A stretch of 57,265 nucleotides of DNA from Thermodesulfobacteriota bacterium (GCA_035288385.1 DATEAM010000130.1:1-57265), one strand, 5' to 3'. Shown: positions 17,376-26,861, numbered from the stretch's first letter. A program made the numbers and translations. Notes: generated from the sequence alone by a model not told the origin.

Positions 17376-17459
17376 GGGGCCGTCTGTTGGGGGCTGACTG
17401 TCGGGGGCTGTCACTCGGGGGCTGACTGTCGGGGGCCGTCTGTCGGGGGAGACTCCCCC
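17376..17459 (+). repeat. Tandem array of six 13-15 bp G5-led units directly downstream of tRNA-Gly
   Basis: Units: ggggccgtctgtt / gggggctgactgtc / gggggctgtcactc / gggggctgactgtc / gggggccgtctgtc / gggggagactccccc. The unit order is A-B-C-B-A followed by a self-complementary unit. Confidence 0.9.
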
Positions 17460-17585
17460 TGGGCTATACCTGATGTGCCGTCCCCGGGGGTTAACTCGCG
17501 GGGCACTGTCTCCTGTCCGGGTTCTCTCTTGCAAGGGGCTTTTCATTCATGGGATGGTTCCATCCTGCTAAGGAATGTTCTCGAT

Positions 17586-18017
17586 ATGAAAGTTTCTAAA
17601 AAGATGGAGACGCTCAAGTCCTACATAGACTCAAAGGGGCTTAAGTCGACCTCGCAGAGAGACTTCATAGCCGAGACCTTTTTCAAGTCAAACACCCACA
17701 TAAGCCTCGACGAACTCCTCAAAAAGGTAAAGCGCAAGACGCCCAACATAGGGTACGCCACGGTCTACAGGACCATGAAGCTCCTGACGGAAGGCGGGCT
17801 CGCCATATCGAGGCAGTTCGGTGATGGGCAGACCAGGTACGAGAACCTGCCCGAGGACGGCCACCACGACCACCTCATCTGCATAAAGTGCTCCAGGATA
17901 ACGGAGTTTCAGAACCAGAGGATAGAGCAGCTCCAGAGCGAGACGGCCAAGAAACACGGCTTCACCGTCATAAACCACAAGCTCGAGCTCTACGGTTACT
18001 GCTCCGAGTGCATGTAA
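17586..18017 (+). CDS. fur: Ferric uptake regulator family protein
   Basis: LKSTSQRDFIAETF ... GYATVYRTMKLL ... HHDHLICIKC ... CSEC (Fur winged helix, HHDH and CxxC metal sites). The internal ATG at 17586 is preferred; the track start at 17475 runs through the G-rich repeat region. Confidence 0.9.
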   Translation: MKVSKKMETLKSYIDSKGLKSTSQRDFIAETFFKSNTHISLDELLKKVKRKTPNIGYATVYRTMKLLTEGGLAISRQFGDGQTRYENLPEDGHHDHLICIKCSRITEFQNQRIEQLQSETAKKHGFTVINHKLELYGYCSECM

Positions 18018-18048
18018 AAAGTATTTTTTTTCCTTGCAAATGAAAATG

Positions 18049-18067
18049 GATATTATTATCATTCTAT
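18049..18067 (+). promoter_or_regulatory. Candidate Fur box immediately upstream of feoB
   Basis: GATATTATTATCATTCTAT versus the consensus GATAATGATAATCATTATC (about 13/19 by eye). It ends 2 nt before the feoB ATG, in an AT-rich 51-nt spacer. Confidence 0.4.
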
Positions 18068-18068
18068 T

Positions 18069-20045
18069 ATGCACGAACACGGACGCAAAAAAAGAATACC
18101 GGTAGAGGGCGGCAGGTCCCTGGTGCTCGTGGGAAACCCGAACGTGGGCAAGTCCGTCATCTTCGGTGCCTTAACGGGCAGGTACGCCACCGTCTCCAAC
18201 TACCCGGGCACCACGGTGGAGGTGGCCCGCGGCACCGCCCGCCTCGACGGGAGGAAGACCACCGTGGTGGACAGCCCAGGGGTGAACAGCCTCGTGCCCA
18301 GGAGCGAGGACGAGAGGGTTACAAGGGACATCCTCATGAACGAGGACGTGGGCTCTGTCCTCCAGATCCTCGATGCGAAGAACCTGAGGAGGGGACTCCT
18401 TGTCACGGTTCAGCTGATGGAGATGGGCCTGCCCTTGACGCTCGCGTTGAACATGTACGACGAGGCCGGCGAGAGGGGCATAACCATAGATACGGAGAAG
18501 CTCAAGAGCGCCACGGGCCTCTCAGCCGTGCCCACCATAGCCACCCAGAGGTGGAACATCGACAAGCTCCACGACGTCTTCAACCTCCACAGGACGGTCG
18601 ACGCCGGTATAAGGTACCCCGACGCAATAGAGCTGGGGATTTCCGATATCTCGACACTCCTGCCCGGTTGCAGGGTCTCGGCAAGGTCCATAGCCATCAT
18701 GCTCCTCTCGGGAGACGAGACCATAAAGGGGTGGCTCTCCGAAAGGCTCGGCCCCGGGGAAATCGCCAGGATAGAGGAGATTAGGGCGGGGCTCCAGGCA
18801 CGGTACCCCGAGCCCCTCGGTTACAGCATAAACCGTTCGAGGCTAAAGGCCGTGGACAGGATAGTAAGGCAGGCCGTAATTCAGGAAGAGCCGGTCGGCG
18901 GCCGCATTGCCGGCTACCTTGGGGCCTGGGCCATGCACCCCCTGTGGGGCGTGCCCGTGCTCCTCGTCGTACTCTTCAGCATGTACGAGTTCGTCGGGGT
19001 CCTGGGCGCCGGGGTGAGCGTGGACTTTTTCGAGGAGACCATATTCGGCCATTACTTGAACCCCTGGGCCGCGAGAATGGTGGGCTATCTCTTTCCCTCG
19101 GGGCTTATATACGACCTCCTCGTGGGCCCCTACGGGATAATAACAATGGCCTTCACCTACGCCATAGCCATAGTCCTGCCCATAGTGGGCTTCTTCTTCA
19201 TCTTTTTCTCCATACTCGAGGACTCGGGTTACCTCCCGAGGCTCGCCCTCATGGTGGACAGGGTCTTCAAGCTCCTCGGCCTTAACGGAAAGGCGGTGTT
19301 GCCCATGGTCCTCGGCCTCGGGTGCGACACCATGGCCACGATGACGACCAGGATACTCGAGACAAGGAAGGAGCGGATAATAGTCACGTTGCTCCTCGCC
19401 CTCGGGGTTCCCTGCTCGGCCCAGCTCGGGGTAATACTCGGCATGCTCGGCTCCGTCTCCCTGGCGGCCACGATTATATGGGCGGGGGTAGTCCTCTTCG
19501 TCATGTTCGTGGTGGGGTTCATCGCCTCGAAGCTCGTGCCCGGAGAGGCCTCCGACTTCATAATAGAGATACCTCCCATAAGGCTCCCCCAGATAGGGAA
19601 CATAGTCCTTAAAACGCTCGTAAGGGTGGAGTGGTACTTGAAGGAGGCGCTGCCGCTCTTCGTCCTCGGGACCCTCCTCCTCTTCGTCCTCGACAGGACG
19701 GACGGCCTGAAGGCGGTGGAGCACGCGGCGAGCCCCTTCGTGGTAAACTTTTTAAATCTCCCCATAGAGTCCACCCAGGCCTTCATAGTCGGGTTCCTGA
19801 GGAGAGACTACGGGGCGGCCGGTCTTCTCGCCCTTCAGAGAGACGGGCTCCTTACCAGCATTCAGGTGGTCGTAAGCCTCGTTACCATAACGCTCTTCAT
19901 CCCGTGCATAGCGAACCTCTTCATGATAGTAAAGGAGAGGGGGATGTGGACGGCCGTGTGGATGACCCTGTTTATCTTCCCCTTCGCCTTCTTCATAGGC
20001 GGGGCGCTCAACTTCATACTCAGGATTCTGTCGGTGTCTTTATGA
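18069..20045 (+). CDS. feoB: Ferrous iron transporter FeoB
   Basis: N-terminal G-domain GNPNVGKS ... DSPG ... followed by a polytopic membrane domain of about 450 aa; 658 aa. Confidence 0.95.
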   Translation: MHEHGRKKRIPVEGGRSLVLVGNPNVGKSVIFGALTGRYATVSNYPGTTVEVARGTARLDGRKTTVVDSPGVNSLVPRSEDERVTRDILMNEDVGSVLQILDAKNLRRGLLVTVQLMEMGLPLTLALNMYDEAGERGITIDTEKLKSATGLSAVPTIATQRWNIDKLHDVFNLHRTVDAGIRYPDAIELGISDISTLLPGCRVSARSIAIMLLSGDETIKGWLSERLGPGEIARIEEIRAGLQARYPEPLGYSINRSRLKAVDRIVRQAVIQEEPVGGRIAGYLGAWAMHPLWGVPVLLVVLFSMYEFVGVLGAGVSVDFFEETIFGHYLNPWAARMVGYLFPSGLIYDLLVGPYGIITMAFTYAIAIVLPIVGFFFIFFSILEDSGYLPRLALMVDRVFKLLGLNGKAVLPMVLGLGCDTMATMTTRILETRKERIIVTLLLALGVPCSAQLGVILGMLGSVSLAATIIWAGVVLFVMFVVGFIASKLVPGEASDFIIEIPPIRLPQIGNIVLKTLVRVEWYLKEALPLFVLGTLLLFVLDRTDGLKAVEHAASPFVVNFLNLPIESTQAFIVGFLRRDYGAAGLLALQRDGLLTSIQVVVSLVTITLFIPCIANLFMIVKERGMWTAVWMTLFIFPFAFFIGGALNFILRILSVSL

Positions 20046-20140
20046 CCGCCGGCAAGAAACACCCCTGCGCCTTGTTTGCAGGCGGGCAGATAGATTCGAG
20101 GCGCGGCCTTTTATTGCCGGGCATATAATAAGGAGGAGAT

Positions 20141-20803
20141 ATGGCTGAAGACAGGGTCGTGGACGAGGTGCTCGAGTTCATATGGTCCGAGCGGGAGGTT
20201 GGCAACCGCTCGGTAAAGCAGTTGATGCACATAGAAGAGGTGGAAAAGGCCGAGGCTGACCGCACCACCCTGGAGGAGATGGAAGGCGACGGACTCATCA
20301 CCCTCGACGGCGACTCCGTCTTCCTGACGCCAAGGGGCGAGGAGCTCGCGCAAAACGCCATAAGAAGGCACAGGCTCGCAGAGAGGCTTCTCTCAGAGGT
20401 CCTCGCCATGGACGAGGACAAGATAGAAAAGGAGGCCTGCAGCTTCGAGCATACCCTCTCGGCGGAGGTGGCCGAGAGCATCTGCACGCTCCTCGGACAC
20501 CCCCCCACCTGCCCCCACGGGCTGCCCATACCCAAGGGGGAGTGCTGCAAGAAGACGAGCGCGGAGATGAAACCCCTGGTAGAGTCCCTCGACAAGCTCG
20601 GCGTAGGCGAGACCGGGAGGATCATCTTCATAGTCTCGAACATCCACACGAGACTCGACAAGCTCTCCGCCCTCGGCATCGTCCCGGGAAGCACCATAAG
20701 AGTACACCAGAAAAGACCCGCCTTCGTCATACAGATGGGGGAGACCACCCTCGCCCTCGACCCCCAGATAATAAGAGAGATCTACGTCAGAAGGGTAGGT
20801 TGA
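20141..20803 (+). CDS. DtxR/MntR-family metal-dependent regulator with C-terminal FeoA (SH3-like) domain
   Basis: RRHRLAERLL ... CSFEHTLS ... LLGHPPTCPHGLPIP (DtxR metal-binding/dimerisation region), then LGVGETGRIIFI ... LGIVPGSTIRV (FeoA-like). Confidence 0.85.
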   Translation: MAEDRVVDEVLEFIWSEREVGNRSVKQLMHIEEVEKAEADRTTLEEMEGDGLITLDGDSVFLTPRGEELAQNAIRRHRLAERLLSEVLAMDEDKIEKEACSFEHTLSAEVAESICTLLGHPPTCPHGLPIPKGECCKKTSAEMKPLVESLDKLGVGETGRIIFIVSNIHTRLDKLSALGIVPGSTIRVHQKRPAFVIQMGETTLALDPQIIREIYVRRVG

Positions 20804-20808
20804 TTTCT

Positions 20809-20994
20809 GGGGGGAAACCTTTCTGAAGAAAGGTTTCCCCCCAGACCCCCTTTCCAAAGACTTATGGCTATCCCATGGAGGGAGACCCCCCGGAGATGAA
20901 ATTTGCACAAGAGGGGGTCTCCCTCCATGGGATAAATAGCAAAAAGTTTTTGAGGGGAGTTTGAGGGGAACTTTTTTCAAAAAGTTCCCCTCAA
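20809..20994. repeat. Nested-palindrome intergenic element, copy B
   Basis: Hairpin 1 is ggggggaaaccttt/aaaggtttcccccc. The central stem is cccatggagggagaccccc/gggggtctccctccatggg with a 22-nt loop. Hairpin 3 is gaggggaacttttt/aaaaagttcccctc. Begins 6 nt after the stop of the dtxR-like gene. Confidence 0.75.
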
Positions 20995-21039
20995 AATCAC
21001 CCTACCAAAAACCCCTTAGATGTGGTAGATTCAGGGCCT

Positions 21040-24000
21040 ATGCATCATTCAAACTTCGTCCATCTCCACCTCCATACCCAGTACAGTCTTCTCGACGGCG
21101 CAATAAGGCCCGAGGCCCTCATAGAGAAGGCCCGGGAGTTCAAGATGCCCGCCGTGGCCGTAACCGACCACGGGAACCTCTTCGGGGCCGTGGAATTCTA
21201 CGAGAAGGCGATGGCGGGCGGGGTGAAGCCCATCATCGGCTGCGAGACCTACGTGGCCCCCGGGAGCAGGACCGACAGGACCCCGCCTTCGAGGGGAGGG
21301 GCTTCGGAGGCCGCCTACCACCTCGTCCTCCTCGTAAAGAACGCGAAGGGCTACAAGAACCTGTGCACGCTCCTCTCGAAGGCGTATCTCGAGGGCTTTT
21401 ATTACAGGCCGAGGATAGACAAGGAGCTTTTAAGGGAGCACAGCGAGGGGCTCATAGCCCTGAGCGCCTGCCTCCAGGGCGAGGTATCGCATCATATAGG
21501 AATGGGGCGCGCCGAGGCCGCTGAGAAGGCGGCCCTCGAGTACGCGGAGATATTCCCGGACCGGAGGTTTTTCTTCGAGATACAGGACAACGGCCTCGAG
21601 GAGCAGAGGAAGGTGAACAGGGCGCTCATAGAGATGGGCAAGAGGCTCGAGATACCCCTTGTGGCCACGAACGACTGCCACTACCTCGAAAGGTCGGACT
21701 CGAAGAACCACGACATACTGCTGTGCATACAGACGGGCACCACGGTGAACTCCCCGGCTCGGATGAGGTTCCCCTCGGACGAGTTCTATCTTAAGAGCCC
21801 GGAGGAGATGATGGCCGCCTTCAGGGACTTTCCCGAGGCGGTCTCGAACACCATAGAGATAGCCGAGAGGTGCAACTTCGAGATGGAGCTCGGCAAGGCC
21901 CACCTGCCGGATTTCCCCGTGCCCAGCGGAGAGACCCTTGAGAGCCTCATGGAGAAGAGGTCCCGGGCGGGGCTTGACGCGAGGCTTGCCGCCATGGCCC
22001 ACGGTGGAGCCGACGTCGAGGGCATCAGGTGGCAATACCACGAAAGGCTCGAAAAGGAGCTTAACGTCATAAAGGGGATGGGCTTTTCCGGGTACTTCCT
22101 CATAGTCGCGGACTTCATAGACTACGCCAGGGGCAGACACATCCCCGTGGGGCCCGGAAGGGGCTCCGCCGCCGGCAGCCTCGTAGCCTACAGCCTCGGC
22201 ATAACCAACCTCGACCCCATAAGGTATTCCCTCCTCTTCGAGAGGTTCCTTAACCCCGACAGGATAAGCCTGCCGGACATAGACATAGACTTCTGCTTCG
22301 AAAAACGCGACGAGGTCATAAGGTACGTCACCGAGAAGTACGGCCCCGATAACGTCACCCAGATAATAACCTTCGGGCAGATGAAGGCCAGGGCCTGCAT
22401 TAGGGACGTGGGCAGGGCCCTCGACATGCCTTACGGCGACGTGGACAGGATCGCCAAGCTCGTGCCCGCCCAGTTGAACATCACCATAGAGCAGGCCCTC
22501 GCCCAGGAGTCGAGACTCAGGAAGATGGCCGAGGAGGACTCGAAGGTGGCCGAGCTGATAGAGGCGGCCAGAGCCCTCGAGGGGCTTCCGCGCCACGCCT
22601 CCACCCACGCCGCGGGTGTCGTCATATCGAACAAACCCCTCGTGGAGTACCTCCCCCTTTACATGGGACAGAAGGACAACATAGTTACCACCCAGTACTC
22701 CATGAAGGACGTGGAGAAGATAGGGCTCGTGAAGTTCGACTTCCTGGGCTTGAAGACCCTTACCGTCGTAGACAGGACGCTCTCCCTCGTAAAGGAGAAC
22801 AAGGGCGTGGACCTGGACATGGACGCTCTCCCGCAGGACGACCGCAAGACCTTCGAGCTCGTGGCCTCCGGCACCACCAACGGCATATTCCAGCTCGAGA
22901 GCTCGGGGATGAAGGAGCTCCTGAAGAAGTTGAAACCCTCCACCTTCGAGGACATGATCGCCGCCGTGGCGCTCTACAGGCCGGGCCCCCTCCAGAGCGG
23001 CATGGTCGACGACTTCATCAAGAGGAAGAACAAGGAGGTGGACGCCAGGTACGATTTGCCCCAGCTAAGGGATATACTCGACAACACGTACGGGGTCATA
23101 GTCTACCAGGAACAGGTAATGGAGATATCGAAGGTCCTCGCCGGCTTCACCCCCGGGGACGCCGACATCCTGAGGAAGGCCATGGGCAAGAAACTCCCGG
23201 AGGAGATGGTCATCCAGAGGACTAAGTTCCTCGAGGGGGCGAAGAAGAACAAGGTCCCGGCGAAAAAGGCGGAGAGGATATTCGACCTCATGGCCAAGTT
23301 CGCCGGCTACGGCTTCAACAAGTCCCACAGCGCCGCCTACGGCCTCATAGCCTTCCATACGGCTTACCTGAAGGCCCACCACCCCGTGGAGTTCATGTCC
23401 GCGCTCTTGAGCTCCGACATGGGCGACACCGACCAGGTCGTAAAGTACATAAACGAGTGCAGGGACATGGGCATAACGGTGCTGCCTCCCGACCTGAACG
23501 AGAGCTTCAGGGAGTTTACCGTCTCTGAGGGACGCATAAGGTTCGGCCTCGAGGCGGTAAAGAACGTGGGAGGCATCGCCATTGACGACATAATATCCGT
23601 GAGGGCCGAGGAGAGGTTCTCAACCCTCCTCGACTTCCTGAGCAGGGTGGGCACGCGCAAGGTCAACAAGAAAGTGGTCGAGAGCCTCATAAAGTGCGGG
23701 GCCTTCGACTTTACGGGGATATCGAGGGCCGAGCACATGGCGTCGCTTGACACGACGATGGAGACGGCCCAGGGGGTAGCGCGCGACCGCGACCTCGGAC
23801 AGGGTTCCATCTTCGACGTCCTCGGACCCGACGACGCACGCCAGGCGGCCTTAACGCTTAAGCCCGCCGGGGTAACGCCGTGGACGGACAAGGAGACCCT
23901 TCGCTACGAGAAGGAGACCCTCGGTTTCTATTTTTCCGCGCACCCCCTTGACGGCCATATCCAGGAGCTCGAAATCTACGCCACCTGCCCCATAGAGGCC

Positions 24001-24531
24001 CTCGTAGAGAGGACCAACGGAGAAGAGGTTACTATCGGGGGGATGCCGACGGAGACCAGGGAGATAACCACCAAGAGGGGAGAGAGGATGGCCTTCATGC
24101 GCATCGAGGACCGCTCCTCGGGCTGCGAGGTAATCGTCTTCTCGGAGCTCTACAAAAAGTCCATTGAACTGATAGCCTCGGAGACCCCGCTCCTCGTTAC
24201 AGGCAGGCTCGACAAGGAGGCCGAGGAGGTGAAGGTCGTCGCCTCGGACATCTTCCCCCTTGAAGAGGCGCCCGGGGCCGGAAGAAGGATAAAGGCGAAG
24301 AACACGCATATACTGCTTACCACCGTAGGGTTGGATTCGCAGGGGCTTCTGGAGCTTAAGGACGTTATCAAGGAGAGCCCGGGCAGGTCCCCGGTCTTCC
24401 TCCACCTCGTCTATCCGGACAACCGGGAGGTGGTTTTAAGCCTGCCCGAGGAGTTGAACATAGACCCCCTGGAGAGGACCTTCGAGAGGATAAGGGGCTC
24501 CAGGGGCGTGGTGGAGATAAAACTTACGTGA
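21040..24531 (+). CDS. dnaE: DNA polymerase III alpha subunit
   Basis: PHP domain start FVHLHLHTQYSLLDG and the polymerase core (GPGRGSAAGSLVAYSLGIT, PDIDIDF, HAAGVVI); about 1163 aa. The ATG at 21040 is preferred over the listed 21022. Confidence 0.95.
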   Translation: MHHSNFVHLHLHTQYSLLDGAIRPEALIEKAREFKMPAVAVTDHGNLFGAVEFYEKAMAGGVKPIIGCETYVAPGSRTDRTPPSRGGASEAAYHLVLLVKNAKGYKNLCTLLSKAYLEGFYYRPRIDKELLREHSEGLIALSACLQGEVSHHIGMGRAEAAEKAALEYAEIFPDRRFFFEIQDNGLEEQRKVNRALIEMGKRLEIPLVATNDCHYLERSDSKNHDILLCIQTGTTVNSPARMRFPSDEFYLKSPEEMMAAFRDFPEAVSNTIEIAERCNFEMELGKAHLPDFPVPSGETLESLMEKRSRAGLDARLAAMAHGGADVEGIRWQYHERLEKELNVIKGMGFSGYFLIVADFIDYARGRHIPVGPGRGSAAGSLVAYSLGITNLDPIRYSLLFERFLNPDRISLPDIDIDFCFEKRDEVIRYVTEKYGPDNVTQIITFGQMKARACIRDVGRALDMPYGDVDRIAKLVPAQLNITIEQALAQESRLRKMAEEDSKVAELIEAARALEGLPRHASTHAAGVVISNKPLVEYLPLYMGQKDNIVTTQYSMKDVEKIGLVKFDFLGLKTLTVVDRTLSLVKENKGVDLDMDALPQDDRKTFELVASGTTNGIFQLESSGMKELLKKLKPSTFEDMIAAVALYRPGPLQSGMVDDFIKRKNKEVDARYDLPQLRDILDNTYGVIVYQEQVMEISKVLAGFTPGDADILRKAMGKKLPEEMVIQRTKFLEGAKKNKVPAKKAERIFDLMAKFAGYGFNKSHSAAYGLIAFHTAYLKAHHPVEFMSALLSSDMGDTDQVVKYINECRDMGITVLPPDLNESFREFTVSEGRIRFGLEAVKNVGGIAIDDIISVRAEERFSTLLDFLSRVGTRKVNKKVVESLIKCGAFDFTGISRAEHMASLDTTMETAQGVARDRDLGQGSIFDVLGPDDARQAALTLKPAGVTPWTDKETLRYEKETLGFYFSAHPLDGHIQELEIYATCPIEALVERTNGEEVTIGGMPTETREITTKRGERMAFMRIEDRSSGCEVIVFSELYKKSIELIASETPLLVTGRLDKEAEEVKVVASDIFPLEEAPGAGRRIKAKNTHILLTTVGLDSQGLLELKDVIKESPGRSPVFLHLVYPDNREVVLSLPEELNIDPLERTFERIRGSRGVVEIKLT

Positions 24532-24625
24532 AGGGGTCCCTTTCACCGGCGCGTTTTCTTGTTTCGGCAAGGGATTCTAAAAACCCTATAAGGTCCTGCA
24601 GGAAGTCTTGCGGGCAAATCCAGAG

Positions 24626-25594
24626 ATGATATTAAAACACTGGCTCGATTTCGAAAAATCAGTGGAAGAGGACGAAAAGAGGCTCGAGGAGCTCAAGGAC
24701 TATGCCCCTGAAGAGGGCGCGGCGCCCGATGGAGAGGCCGCGAAGCTCGAAAAGAACGTCCAGGAGAGACTCAAGGACATATACTCGAAGCTGACGCCCT
24801 GGCAGATTACCCAGGTGGCGAGACACCCTGGGCGCCCCTATACCCTCGATTACATCCAGAACATCTTCGAGGACTTCATCGAGCTCCACGGGGACAGGCG
24901 CTTCAAGGACGACCTGGCGGTAGTGGGGGGGGTCGCGAAGTTCGACGGGGAGCCCTGCGTGGTGGTCGGTCACCAGAAGGGCAGGAACACCAAGGAGAAG
25001 GTCCTTCGTAACTTCGGAATGCCCCACCCCGAGGGCTTCAGAAAGGCGCTGCGTCTGATGGAGCTCGCCGAGCGGTTCGGCAAACCCCTCTTCACCTTCA
25101 TAGACACCACGGGGGCGTACCCGGGGATAGGCGCCGAGGAGAGGGGTCAGAGCGAGGCCATAGCGGGGAACCTCATGAGGATGTCCACGCTCCGTGTCCC
25201 CATCATTTCCACGGTCATAGGCGAGGGCGGGAGCGGCGGGGCGCTCGCAATCGGGGTAGCGGATCGCGTCCTCATGCTCGAATACTCCACCTATTCGGTA
25301 ATCTCCCCGGAGGGCTGCGCCGCCATACTGTGGAAGGACGGCTCAAAGGCGGACCTGGCATCCGGGGCCTTGAAGATGGACCCTGTATCGCTCCTCAAGC
25401 TCGGCATCATAGACAAGGTGGTCAAGGAGCCCGTGGGCGGGGCCCACAGGGACCCGGAGCTGACCTACAAAAACCTCAAGTCCGCCCTCAAGACCGCCGT
25501 CAAGGGCCTTAAGACCCTTTCCGTAAAAGACCTCCTCGAGGAACGTTACAGGAAATTCCGCTCCATGGGGGTCTTCTCCGAGAAGAAGAAATAA
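24626..25594 (+). CDS. accA: Acetyl-CoA carboxylase carboxyltransferase alpha subunit
   Basis: ARHPGRPYTLDYI ... FIDTTGAYPGIGAEERGQSEAIA ... GEGGSGGALA. The ATG at 24626 is preferred; the listed 24608 is a TTG. Confidence 0.93.
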   Translation: MILKHWLDFEKSVEEDEKRLEELKDYAPEEGAAPDGEAAKLEKNVQERLKDIYSKLTPWQITQVARHPGRPYTLDYIQNIFEDFIELHGDRRFKDDLAVVGGVAKFDGEPCVVVGHQKGRNTKEKVLRNFGMPHPEGFRKALRLMELAERFGKPLFTFIDTTGAYPGIGAEERGQSEAIAGNLMRMSTLRVPIISTVIGEGGSGGALAIGVADRVLMLEYSTYSVISPEGCAAILWKDGSKADLASGALKMDPVSLLKLGIIDKVVKEPVGGAHRDPELTYKNLKSALKTAVKGLKTLSVKDLLEERYRKFRSMGVFSEKKK

Positions 25595-25748
25595 CACTTC
25601 TGCCCATAACCTCTGGAAAATTAAATATTTATTGATTTTTCCGGCCGGATAATTTACTCTGTAAAAGTTACCCTGAGGGGTCCTTTGAGGGTTTGAGCGT
25701 GCCGGTTTCCGGAAGACCGCCCGGCGGCTGCTCAGGTTGTTCCGGTTT

Positions 25749-26861
25749 ATGAATATGAAAAAGACAAGAGAGAGAAACCAGATAGAGGCCATGAGGGAGA
25801 GGATAGACTCCATAGACCTCGACATACTCAAGCTCCTTAACAGGAGGGCCGCCCTCGTAATAAAGATAGGCAAGACCAAGACGAGGGAGAATAAGGAACT
25901 TTACGCCCCGGAGCGTGAGCGTAGGATATACAGTCGGCTCATCGAGAAGAACAAGGGGCCTTTCCCGGACTCCGCCCTCAGGAACGTCTACCGCGAGATA
26001 ATGAGCGCCTCTCTATCCCTTGAGAAGCAGATAAAGGTAGCCTTTCTCGGCCCCGTGGCCACCTTCACGCACCAGGCATGCATAGAGCACTTCGGCCTTT
26101 CGGGGGTGTTCATTCCGAAAAAGGAGATCGCCGAGGTGTTTGAAGACGTTTCCAAGGGGAGGGCGGACTTCGGGGTCGTGCCCATAGAGAACACGGCCGA
26201 GGGTGTGGTGACCCACACGCTCGACATGTTCGTAACCTCGGATTTGAAGGTCTGCGCCGAGGTGATGTTGGAGGTCTCTCTCTCGCTCCTTAACAGGACG
26301 GGGAAGCTAACTGACGTCCAGAGGGTCTGCTCCCATCCCCACGCGCTCGCACAGTGCAGGAGGTGGTTGAAGGCGAACCTCCCTGATGCCGTCCTCTTCG
26401 ACGTATCCTCAACGGCCACAGCCGCCCAACGCTCCACCGAGGACTCGGCGGTGGCGGCCGTGGCAAGCACGGCGGCGGCGAACGTCTACGACCTGAGGAT
26501 CCTCGAACAGAACATAGAGGACACCGCCAACAACTACACGCGGTTCCTCGTTATAGGCAGGAACCAGGCAAAGAGGACGGGAAAGGACAAGACCTCGCTG
26601 GTCTTCGCCATAAAGGACGCCCCCGGGGCCCTTTACAAGATGCTCGAGCCCTTTGCCAGCAGGGGCATAAACCTCACCAAGATAGAGTCGAGGCCCATGA
26701 AGACCAGGGCTTGGGAGTATGTATTCTTCGCGGACCTCGACGGGCATATAAAAGAAAAACGGGTAGGGGAGGCCATAGCCGAGCTCGAAAGGACGTGCTC
26801 GTTCCTGAAGGTCCTGGGCTCGTACCCCAAGTCCCGGGTGCCGGGGGTTGACGAGAAGTGA
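25749..26861 (+). CDS. pheA: Bifunctional chorismate mutase / prephenate dehydratase (P-protein)
   Basis: CM helix RERIDSIDLDILKLLNRRAALVIKIG, PDT domain (VAFLGPVATFTHQA ... NYTRFLVIG) and a C-terminal ACT (TSLVFAIKDAPGALYKMLEPFA ... ESRP). Confidence 0.9.
   Translation: MNMKKTRERNQIEAMRERIDSIDLDILKLLNRRAALVIKIGKTKTRENKELYAPERERRIYSRLIEKNKGPFPDSALRNVYREIMSASLSLEKQIKVAFLGPVATFTHQACIEHFGLSGVFIPKKEIAEVFEDVSKGRADFGVVPIENTAEGVVTHTLDMFVTSDLKVCAEVMLEVSLSLLNRTGKLTDVQRVCSHPHALAQCRRWLKANLPDAVLFDVSSTATAAQRSTEDSAVAAVASTAAANVYDLRILEQNIEDTANNYTRFLVIGRNQAKRTGKDKTSLVFAIKDAPGALYKMLEPFASRGINLTKIESRPMKTRAWEYVFFADLDGHIKEKRVGEAIAELERTCSFLKVLGSYPKSRVPGVDEK

Noticed and set aside
17376-17459. The tandem 14-bp repeats considered as a CRISPR array.
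   Set aside because: The units are contiguous with no spacers and are only 13-15 bp long. No cas genes or leader are present.
17283-17600. tRNA-Gly considered as the integration site of a genomic island or prophage.
   Set aside because: There is no integrase or excisionase-type recombinase gene, and I found no direct repeat of the tRNA 3' end anywhere in the window. Downstream genes (fur, feoB, dnaE ...) are core with host codon usage. Only the upstream ATPase stub hints at an old rearrangement.
21430-22608. A 392-aa antisense ORF inside dnaE. Similar cases are 18843-19724, 37500-38357, 42349-43401, 6842-7660, 48681-49445 and 49539-50342.
   Set aside because: All lie opposite strongly supported genes, show the same E/G/R/H/P/Y/V-rich composition and have no RBS or motif support. 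They are artefacts of stop-poor antisense frames.
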